A DNA stretch of 32,000 bases from the NCBI RefSeq assembly GCF_000025665.1, contig NC_013926.1, positions 1,170,001-1,202,000 of the forward strand, given 5' to 3'. This document shows positions 25,225 through 32,000 of the stretch, piece by piece (position 1 is the first letter of the stretch; each line of letters begins with the position of its first letter). Position numbers and translations under genes: made by a program. A model generated the notes under the pieces. The model was not told the DNA's origin and ran no database searches. It saw only the letters and a program-made list of their open reading frames with translations. Source of the DNA: Aciduliprofundum boonei T469. GTDB lineage: Archaea > Thermoplasmatota > Thermoplasmata > Thermoplasmatales > Aciduliprofundaceae.

Positions 25225-26439
25225 GTGGATGCAAACACAGCGTTTCTCAAATCTAAATTTCGGGAATACTATTTGAAAAACGATATTCTTTTACCTCCAA
25301 GATTTACCAAGAGAGAGTATGGTTTTATGTTCTTTGATAAAAAATTTGTGCTAAGACATAAAAGCTTCAAGAGAAGCTCTGAGATAAAGAGATTTTTGGT
25401 AGAAAATGTCCCAAAACATGCGTATTATTCTACCGCCTATTACAAAGCTCCAGATGTGCAAGATATGGAAGAAAAAGGATGGTTAGGAGCCGACCTGATA
25501 TTTGATCTGGATGCTGATCACATACCAGAAACAGAAGGAAAAAGATATGAAGATATGTTGAAAATAGTAAAAAAAGAGGCAGAGAAATTGATATTTGATT
25601 TCTTGGTGGGAGATATGGGGTTTAAAGAAAATGATTTATTTATTGCATTCTCGGGTGGCAGGGGATACCATATTTATGTGAGAAATCCCGAGGTTTGGGA
25701 GCTTGATAGCGACAATAGAAGGGAAATTGTGAATTACATAACAGGCGAAGGAGTGGATATTTATAAATTTTTTAGAGTTGAAGAGATTAAAACTGGAAGA
25801 AGAAAGAGAAGAAAAATCTATTATCTCTATCCTCTCAACTATGGTGGATGGTACAGCAAAGTGCACGCAGAGATAATCAGGGAGTCAAGGTATCTTCTTG
25901 AAATATACAACTCCTTTGGAGAGAATGAGCTTATAAAGAAGATAAATGAAGTTTTAGAAGATAAAAAGTTATCAAAGAAGCTTGTAAGAGAATTATTGTC
26001 AGAGAATAAGGAATACACTACAAAATTAGAGCATCTTGCCAATAGTGAAGAGTCACAAAAACTCCAAATTTTTAAGAATGATGCCCTTCGAGATCTCTTC
26101 TTGATATACATAAAGAATAAAATAAGAATAAAAGGTGAGGTAGACGAACCTGTAACAACTGACATACATAGGTTAATAAGATTAATAGGTTCATTACATG
26201 GAAAAACTGGTTTCCTTGTTAGGTCTTTAACCTTAAAAGAGTTTAAATATTTTAACCCTTTAAAGGATGCTATTCCAGAAGTATTTAAAAATGAAAATAC
26301 AAAAATAAAAATAAAAAATACACTAAAAATAGAGTTGAACGGGGAGAAGTATGAACTTCAGGGAGAATATTGTGTACCGGATTATGTTGCAATCTTTGCA
26401 ATTGCAAGAGGTTTAGCTGATTTCATAGCGAGATGCTAG
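25225..26439 (+). CDS. priS: DNA primase small (catalytic) subunit PriS
   Basis: It has DLIFDLDADH (catalytic DxD), SGGRGYHIYV and DEPVTTDIHRLIRLIGSLHGKTG motifs. The start is a GTG at 25225. No in-frame ATG would retain the conserved N-terminal FREYY block. Confidence 0.85.
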   Translation: MDANTAFLKSKFREYYLKNDILLPPRFTKREYGFMFFDKKFVLRHKSFKRSSEIKRFLVENVPKHAYYSTAYYKAPDVQDMEEKGWLGADLIFDLDADHIPETEGKRYEDMLKIVKKEAEKLIFDFLVGDMGFKENDLFIAFSGGRGYHIYVRNPEVWELDSDNRREIVNYITGEGVDIYKFFRVEEIKTGRRKRRKIYYLYPLNYGGWYSKVHAEIIRESRYLLEIYNSFGENELIKKINEVLEDKKLSKKLVRELLSENKEYTTKLEHLANSEESQKLQIFKNDALRDLFLIYIKNKIRIKGEVDEPVTTDIHRLIRLIGSLHGKTGFLVRSLTLKEFKYFNPLKDAIPEVFKNENTKIKIKNTLKIELNGEKYELQGEYCVPDYVAIFAIARGLADFIARC

Positions 26440-26446
26440 GGAAAAG

Positions 26447-26456
26447 TATATATTTA
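26447..26456 (+). promoter_or_regulatory. TATA-like box (TATATATTTA, preceded by GAAAAG) upstream of rps17e
   Basis: Its centre lies about 26 nt upstream of the ATG at 26477, which suggests a leaderless or near-leaderless mRNA. Sequence-only inference. Confidence 0.4.
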
Positions 26457-26476
26457 AGCTTCCATTTGCGGCAACT

Positions 26477-26683
26477 ATGGGATCAATAAGGCCTTCAAAC
26501 ATAAAAAGAGTCGCACGAACGCTTGTGGATACTTATCCTGATAAATTTAATGGCGATTTTGAAAATAACAAAATTATGGTATCAAAATTGACTGATGTGC
26601 AGACAAAGAGATTGAGAAACATGCTGGCGGGATATGTTACTAGATACTGGAAAATTAAGAAGATGAGAGAAGAAGGGAGTTAA
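26477..26683 (+). CDS. rps17e: Ribosomal protein S17e
   Basis: MGSIRPSNIKRVARTLVDTYPDKF...NKIMVSKLTDVQTKRLRNMLAGYVTR is a typical S17e sequence. Confidence 0.9.
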   Translation: MGSIRPSNIKRVARTLVDTYPDKFNGDFENNKIMVSKLTDVQTKRLRNMLAGYVTRYWKIKKMREEGS

Positions 26684-27233
26684 TTTTTTCCTCCAGGCAT
26701 TTTAATTTACCCTTCGCCCTAATAAGTAATTTATTTGCCATTTCTAAAAAGAATGTTAACTGTTCCTCTTTCACAATAATTTTTCCCTCTCTTCCTATTG
26801 GAATGTGCAAATTCTCGGTGCTAAGCACTTCAACAAGAATTTTTTTAGATTCAATTTTCTTTATTGATGTGTATTTAAATCCGCATTCTAAGGATATCTT
26901 TATCAATTTATTTGCCCACTCTGTCTCAGATGCTACAATATGAATTATGGGAGATTGCATAATAAAAAACAAATAATGCTCTTTGTAATCCTTTAAGCAA
27001 TTTACAAGCTCTTTTTTATCCACTTCCCTATGCCATTTACAAACGAATTTTGCATCTTTTTTATCGCCTATTTCTGGTATATTTAACAGCACAATTCTAC
27101 CTGAGCAACTACTAGTGGTATAAAAATAAGGCAAAGAATTGATTTTTTCTAGAAGGGATATTATATCTTTATCCACTTCACCTTTACTCTTCGCCCTTTC
27201 GTATTTTTCCAAGGCCTCTTTTTTATTCATCAT
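26655..27233 (-). CDS. taw3: tRNA wyosine-derivative methyltransferase Taw3 (TYW3 family)
   Basis: YTTSSCSGRIVLL is the TYW3 signature. The 192-aa length is typical for archaeal Taw3. Confidence 0.8.
   Translation of the reverse strand: MMNKKEALEKYERAKSKGEVDKDIISLLEKINSLPYFYTTSSCSGRIVLLNIPEIGDKKDAKFVCKWHREVDKKELVNCLKDYKEHYLFFIMQSPIIHIVASETEWANKLIKISLECGFKYTSIKKIESKKILVEVLSTENLHIPIGREGKIIVKEEQLTFFLEMANKLLIRAKGKLKCLEEKINSLLLSSS
26684..26689 (+). terminator. T6 tract immediately after the rps17e stop, lying inside the convergent taw3 coding region
   Basis: TAA (26681-26683) is followed by TTTTTT. The same bases encode E-K-I of Taw3 on the other strand. Confidence 0.4.
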
Positions 27234-27282
27234 TTAAATCACTTTATTTTATAAACCTATTACATTTATTATACTTACTAAA

Positions 27283-27732
27283 TCATTGAAATACAATTAT
27301 CCCCCATCTTCCAAGCGATACCTGTAAGCCGTATATATTCTCTCGAACATATCCATTTATTATCTTTATCTTCATCTCGGGTTTTAGTTGCATACCTATT
27401 TTATCTATTTCCTCGTTCCAAAGTACGAGTTGACATGAGCCGGTATCATCATAAATATCGACTCTCATAACTCTTAATTCCCCGTTCTTCCTTGTTTCCA
27501 CGGAGCCTATTCTTTTTATTTTTGCCTCTATCGTGGCGTTTATTCCATCGTATAAATCTGCAATCTTCATTTTATTTCCCGGATTTCTACCAAGCTCATC
27601 TACAATCATATAAGCTATCGCCTCTTCATTGAGTAACCCATCATACTCTTTCTCTCTTTTTTTAATCTCATCTTTAAATCTCTCATAGGACATAAGATCT
27701 TCAATAAGGAGATAGAGAGCGTTAATGTCCAT
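27283..27732 (-). CDS. Single-OB-fold ssDNA-binding protein, RPA-like (short form)
   Basis: The N-terminal helical segment (SYERFKDEI...DGLLNEEAIAYMIVDELG) resembles the start of archaeal RPA proteins. It is followed by an OB-fold pattern (KIADLYDG...IEAKIKRIG...DDTGSCQLVLWNEE...IINGYV). The start is set to the ATG at 27732; the track start at 27753 is a TTG. Confidence 0.6.
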   Translation of the reverse strand: MDINALYLLIEDLMSYERFKDEIKKREKEYDGLLNEEAIAYMIVDELGRNPGNKMKIADLYDGINATIEAKIKRIGSVETRKNGELRVMRVDIYDDTGSCQLVLWNEEIDKIGMQLKPEMKIKIINGYVRENIYGLQVSLGRWGIIVFQ

Positions 27733-27864
27733 AGATGGACATCCACTCCACAATCATAAACTTAACGACCCCATGGAATGGCATTTTTTGATTTTACCTC
27801 TACGCTATCAAACCAAAATATACCAAATTATAAGGTCAATTGAATAAATGAAACATAACATAGG

Positions 27865-28983
27865 TTATGTTACATCCTTTGCTACCACATATACTCCATT
27901 AATGTGAAAAAGCGAAGCTTTATCCGTTCCACTTAATTCTCTTTCTATTTTCCCCCTTATTTTCCAATATTCCTTTGGATTCAACTTCATTCTCAATGTA
28001 ACCTTTCCGAATTTCTCCTTACGCAGGAATTTAATTATGTCCTCTAAATTCTCAGAATAGTCCAAAACAATGAAAGGCTTTAGAAAAGGAGATTTGATTA
28101 AATTATCAGATGATGCCAGGGTTCTTCTTTTCCCTGTAGAAACATACCACAATCCTTTGTACCTTTTTTCTAGCTCCCCTAACAAATGGGCATAATAAGG
28201 TGCTTCATCAACTATATAAACGTAATTACTAAACTCACTTTTTAAAGTAAATACATCATCGTCATTTGATTCCAGTGTTTCACCAGAAGGTAATGCAACG
28301 GCTCTTCTATCAACTCTGTAGAGGCTACCAATATATGCTGTTAATCTTCTAATGCTACCATTCAACGATATATACTCTTTTTCCCAATCTTTTGGGATTT
28401 TATCTTGAGAAATTTGGGGAGGTATATCAAATATGTAATCTCTCTTTCCATATTTCTCTATAATTTTTAAAGGTGAAGGCAAGAGATTTCTTAAATCTCT
28501 TTCTTTCTCCTCCTCACTTCTTGCAGGATCTGAAAAGATTATATCATATCTTTTAGCGATATTGTAAATTTCGTTGCTACAACAATCTCCGCAGATAAAT
28601 TGCATATTTTTTATTCCGTATGTTTTAGCATTTCTTCTTGCATATTCAATTCTTCTCTTATCAATATCCACACATAAAACCTTTCTATTTGTGCGGGCAA
28701 AAAAAATTGCCTGCATTCCAACACCGCAGCTTATATCCGCTATTGTATAATCCCTTACTCTTTCCGCTCTGTATTTCCCTATAACTTCTGGTGTAGAGTA
28801 TCTCAATCCATAGGTGTCAAAATACAGCTCTTTTTTTGAGAATTTATCCTTTATTTTTATTCTGCACTTTGCAACTTCATATACTTCCTCGGCATCGAGA
28901 TTTTTAGAGATCTTTTTTATTATTCTCTCCTTTGGATAACCTCTGCGAATCAGAGCAATTGCCTTCTCTATTTCCCTTTCCAT
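27865..28983 (-). CDS. Class I SAM-dependent methyltransferase with an unassigned C-terminal domain (putative RNA methyltransferase, substrate unknown)
   Basis: Motif I is IADISCGVGMQAIFFA, followed by VLCVDID and IIFSDPAR. The layout resembles a widespread uncharacterised methyltransferase family with a THUMP-like C-terminal domain (recalled). The start is set to the ATG at 28983. Confidence 0.6.
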   Translation of the reverse strand: MEREIEKAIALIRRGYPKERIIKKISKNLDAEEVYEVAKCRIKIKDKFSKKELYFDTYGLRYSTPEVIGKYRAERVRDYTIADISCGVGMQAIFFARTNRKVLCVDIDKRRIEYARRNAKTYGIKNMQFICGDCCSNEIYNIAKRYDIIFSDPARSEEEKERDLRNLLPSPLKIIEKYGKRDYIFDIPPQISQDKIPKDWEKEYISLNGSIRRLTAYIGSLYRVDRRAVALPSGETLESNDDDVFTLKSEFSNYVYIVDEAPYYAHLLGELEKRYKGLWYVSTGKRRTLASSDNLIKSPFLKPFIVLDYSENLEDIIKFLRKEKFGKVTLRMKLNPKEYWKIRGKIERELSGTDKASLFHINGVYVVAKDVT

Positions 28984-29105
28984 ATCCACAAACCTACATA
29001 ATTTCGAAGAAAATAAAAGCATCGTTGCATAATTTGTTGATTAAATAAACATTATATGTGTATAATAATTATTAAGTAACCAATAGGACATATAAAATAT
29101 AAAAT

Positions 29106-29540
29106 CTAAGATTTTTTAAGCCATATAATTTTTACTTTGGAAGGTAACTTTTCTCTGATCTCATTAAAAACGGACCTTTTTATGAAATAATAGCCCTTCT
29201 GCGAAACATAGAATAAGAAACCTTCGCGTAGAAATCCTTTTATTTCCAATACTTTTTTCACATCTCTCAGTTCCATGATCTCTTTCTTTTTCGCATCACC
29301 ATGCCTGTAGAGACGAGGCACATAGACCGAATCTTCAAAGATAACATAAAGAGAGGTACCGATATATAGATAAAAAGTTAAAAGAAACAGAATTATGGAG
29401 ATAGATAGCATAATAGCCGAAGATAGCCAAAGGTGAATTAACAGATCCACTATTCCACCCAGAAGAAACATTAAAGCCATTAGGTATCCAAGTATCGTGA
29501 AGGTCAATCGAATTACTTTTCTCCTCAGCTCCCTGTCCAT
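29106..29540 (-). CDS. Small membrane protein (two predicted TM helices plus a basic ~70-aa soluble tail), unknown function
   Basis: Two long hydrophobic segments occupy residues ~12-60. It starts 4 nt after the oppF stop on the same strand. I recognise no motif. Confidence 0.45.
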   Translation of the reverse strand: MDRELRRKVIRLTFTILGYLMALMFLLGGIVDLLIHLWLSSAIMLSISIILFLLTFYLYIGTSLYVIFEDSVYVPRLYRHGDAKKKEIMELRDVKKVLEIKGFLREGFLFYVSQKGYYFIKRSVFNEIREKLPSKVKIIWLKKS

Positions 29541-29544
29541 TTTA

Positions 29545-30615
29545 TTATCCCTTTGTGTAAAGGTGGCAGGCTACATAATGCCCTGGCTTTGCTTCGATTA
29601 ATGGTGGCTCTAGTTTATCACATATACCAGCTTTGAAATATTCGCATCTTGGATGAAACCTGCATCCTTTGGGTGGATTGACGGCACTTGGTACCTCGCC
29701 TGTAAACAATTTTCTCTCTTTCTTTCTCTTAGTTGGGTCTGGTATAGGTATGGATTCAAGGAGCAATTTAGTGTAAGGATGGAGAGGATCATTGAATAAA
29801 TCTTCAGCAGGTGCTAGTTCTACAAGTTTTCCTACATACATCACACCTATTCTATGAGCCATGTGCCTAGCTACACTCAGGTCATGCGTGATGAAAATAT
29901 ATGTTAATTTTAGGTCTCTCTGTAACTTCTTTAGAAGATTTAAAATTTGAGCCTGCACAGATACATCCAACGCAGATGTAGGCTCATCCAGCACTATAAA
30001 ATCAGGATTTAACGATATGGCTCTTGCGATACCTATTCTCTGTCTTTGTCCCCCACTAAATTCGTGAGGAAACCTGTGAAGGTGCTCTTTTTTCAAGCCA
30101 ACTAGCTCAAGCAGCTCAATTATTCTATCTTCGACTTTATGAGGAGGCACTACCTTATGCGTCAAGAGAGGTTCGGCAAGTATTTTTTTAACAGTCATTC
30201 TGGGATCTAAGGAAGATTGTGGATCTTGAAACACTATTTGCATTTTTCTTCTATATGGCATCATTTCCTTATCTTTTTTCAAGTTCAAATCATATTTTTT
30301 CCTTATTTCTTCCAATTCTCTTTTAGATTTCTCATCTTTTTTGCCCACAAGTTCTCTAATTCTATCCTGCACATTTTTGGGTGTTTCAAAGAAAATCATG
30401 CCATCATCTGCTTTTATAAGCCTTAAAATAGTCCTACCCAATGTTGTTTTACCGCAGCCAGATTCTCCAACTATACCTAAGGTTTCACCTTTTTTTATCT
30501 CTAATGATACATTATCTACAGCTTTAACATGGGCAATGATCTTACCAAACATACCTCCCTTTACTGGAAAATATTTCTTCAATCCATAAATTTGAAGAAT
30601 TGTATCATCACTCAT
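29545..30615 (-). CDS. oppF: Oligopeptide/dipeptide ABC transporter ATP-binding protein (OppF/DppF type)
   Basis: It has Walker A GESGCGKTT, signature FSGGQRQR and Walker B FIVLDEPTS. The C-terminal Cys-rich extension is GCRFHPRC...GIC...ACH. The start is set to the ATG at 30615, which overlaps the oppD stop by 8 nt; the track start is further upstream. Confidence 0.85.
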   Translation of the reverse strand: MSDDTILQIYGLKKYFPVKGGMFGKIIAHVKAVDNVSLEIKKGETLGIVGESGCGKTTLGRTILRLIKADDGMIFFETPKNVQDRIRELVGKKDEKSKRELEEIRKKYDLNLKKDKEMMPYRRKMQIVFQDPQSSLDPRMTVKKILAEPLLTHKVVPPHKVEDRIIELLELVGLKKEHLHRFPHEFSGGQRQRIGIARAISLNPDFIVLDEPTSALDVSVQAQILNLLKKLQRDLKLTYIFITHDLSVARHMAHRIGVMYVGKLVELAPAEDLFNDPLHPYTKLLLESIPIPDPTKRKKERKLFTGEVPSAVNPPKGCRFHPRCEYFKAGICDKLEPPLIEAKPGHYVACHLYTKG

Positions 30616-31651
30616 TATCCTCACCCTCCGTTTCCTTGATCTTTTCAAAGAATTCCTTAGCAAAATGGCAAGCGACATAGTGTCCTGGCTCTATCTCTAC
30701 TAACTTAGGTTTCTCCTTCTTGCATATATCTTGGGCATACTCGCACCTTGGATGAAATCTACATCCAGGAGGTGGGTATATTAGATTGGGTACAGAACCT
30801 TTGATATATTTCAATTCCTCTTTCTTTTCAGCTATACTGGGTATAGCTTGCATCAGTCCCCTGGTATAGGGGTGTACAGGATTTTTAAAAATTGTATAAA
30901 CATCTGCCATCTCCACAATATTTCCAGCGTACATCACCGCTACTCTATCGCATACATCTGCTACAACACTCAAATCATGCGTAATAAGAATTATTGATAT
31001 CCCCAATTTCTCTCTCATATCCAGTAGGATATTTAAAATCTGAGCTTGAACAGTCACATCTAAAGCTGTTGTAGGTTCATCTGCTATAAGCAAAGAGGGT
31101 TCGGTAGCGAGCATCATTGCAATCATAGCCCTTTGTCTCATTCCTCCACTCAACTCGTGGGGATAGCTATCTATAGCTCTCTCCGGATCAGGCATCCTAA
31201 CTAACCTCAACATATCTATAACATTTTTTCTTTCCTTCTTTTTAATATCTTTTGGAGCTTTTTTGATATTTTCAATACCATATTTATGCAACAGGATTAT
31301 CTCTAGAATTTGATCACCTATGGTGTACACAGGATTTAAAGCAGTCATAGGCTCTTGAAATATCATACTTATACCTTTACCTCTAATTTTTCTCATTTCA
31401 TCCTCTGGTAACTCTCTAAGGTTCTTCCCTTGGAAAATTATCTTTCCGCTCTCTATCTTTCCAGGCTCATCAATTAACCCAATTACAGAAAGAGCAGTTA
31501 CTGATTTTCCGCAACCAGTTTCACCTACGAGCCCGAAAATTTCCCCCTTTTTTACAAAGAAAGAAACACCATCCACAGCTTTTACAACTCCCTCATAAGT
31601 GTAAAAATAAGTATGAAGATCTTCAACCTTTAACAATATCTCATTATCCAT
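30608..31651 (-). CDS. oppD: Oligopeptide/dipeptide ABC transporter ATP-binding protein (OppD/DppD type)
   Basis: It has Walker A GETGCGKSV, signature LSGGMRQR and Walker B LLIADEPTT. The C-terminal extension is GCRFHPRC...DIC...ACH. Confidence 0.85.
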   Translation of the reverse strand: MDNEILLKVEDLHTYFYTYEGVVKAVDGVSFFVKKGEIFGLVGETGCGKSVTALSVIGLIDEPGKIESGKIIFQGKNLRELPEDEMRKIRGKGISMIFQEPMTALNPVYTIGDQILEIILLHKYGIENIKKAPKDIKKKERKNVIDMLRLVRMPDPERAIDSYPHELSGGMRQRAMIAMMLATEPSLLIADEPTTALDVTVQAQILNILLDMREKLGISIILITHDLSVVADVCDRVAVMYAGNIVEMADVYTIFKNPVHPYTRGLMQAIPSIAEKKEELKYIKGSVPNLIYPPPGCRFHPRCEYAQDICKKEKPKLVEIEPGHYVACHFAKEFFEKIKETEGEDNE

Positions 31652-31655
31652 GCTT

Positions 31656-32000
31656 TCACCTCCTTAACCTCGGATCCAAGATATCTCTGATTCCATCACC
31701 AAATAGATTGAAAGCTAGTACAGTTATGAATATTGCAAGTCCTGGAAATGTGGACCACCACCAATAGCCAGAAACCAGCCAAGAGCGCCCTTGGCTAACC
31801 ATAACGCCCCAGTCTGCAGTGTATGCAGCAGCACCTAGACCCAAGAAGGCCAGACCTGCAGCAGTTAGAATAACATTTCCAAGATCCATGGTAGCTTGGA
31901 CAAGAATTGGGGGCAATGAGTTTGGTATGACATGTTTCCATATTATTTTGAATCTACTTATGCCAATAGCCCTTGCTGCCTCTATATATTGATTCTCCTT
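31656..32000 (-). CDS. oppC: Oligopeptide/dipeptide ABC transporter permease (OppC/DppC type), C-terminal part; 5' end outside the window
   Basis: The frame stays open to the window edge (...IEAARAIGISRFKIIWKHVIPNSLPPILVQATMDLG...). It ends FPGLAIFITVLAFNLFGDGIRDILDPRLRR, a typical OppC C-terminus. Confidence 0.8.
   Translation of the reverse strand, partial: KENQYIEAARAIGISRFKIIWKHVIPNSLPPILVQATMDLGNVILTAAGLAFLGLGAAAYTADWGVMVSQGRSWLVSGYWWWSTFPGLAIFITVLAFNLFGDGIRDILDPRLRR

Noticed and set aside
27853-27870. Inverted repeat ACATAAC-ATAG-GTTATGT spanning the methyltransferase stop codon, as a possible terminator hairpin.
   Set aside because: It is a 7-bp, AT-rich stem of marginal stability. 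Archaeal termination does not require hairpins, so no functional claim can be supported.
1-32000. CRISPR arrays, cas genes, restriction-modification, toxin-antitoxin pairs, transposases or other defence and mobile systems.
   Set aside because: No spaced direct repeats and no ORF with nuclease, integrase or transposase motifs were seen by eye. The only stand-alone methyltransferase (27865-28983) looks like an RNA-methyltransferase type with no adjacent endonuclease.

Overview
AT-rich, very gene-dense archaeal chromosome segment of euryarchaeal type. I call 33 protein-coding genes, the first and last cut by the window edges, plus one intron-containing tRNA-His. Most gene junctions are overlaps of 1-30 nt. 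Archaeal markers include GatD/GatE, both primase subunits (PriS and PriL, about 14 kb apart), an L7Ae-S28e-L24e-Ndk-TruD cluster, S17e, Taw3, FtsZ, a Fap7-like kinase, a single-OB RPA-like protein, and a bulge-helix-bulge tRNA intron. Other content: a TldD/PmbA pair, an OadA-like carboxyltransferase, a four-gene ECF transporter operon, the end of an Opp/Dpp peptide ABC operon, and a 1621-aa surface protein with a gingipain-type (C25) protease core. I found no CRISPR array, transposase, integrase or recognisable defence island, so this is mainly housekeeping DNA. The items most worth a second look are: (1) a four-CBS protein whose C-terminal ~100 aa look like a bacterial HPF/RaiA ribosome-hibernation domain; (2) the architecture of the giant C25 protease (CARDB and CUB-like domains, coiled-coil stalk, membrane anchor); (3) a textbook K-turn in the L7Ae leader that embeds the Shine-Dalgarno sequence; (4) tRNA-His(GUG) with a 50-nt intron, ending 5 nt before the priL start codon; (5) an ECF transporter led by a transcobalamin-like (DUF4430) protein; (6) palindromic elements in the ftsZ/CBS divergent region and over the RPA-like start codon. 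All homology statements come from by-eye motif recognition and recalled family signatures. No searches or folding computations were run. A thermophilic Thermoplasmata/DHVE2-like origin is a guess from gene content and Lys/Glu/Ile-rich proteins only.
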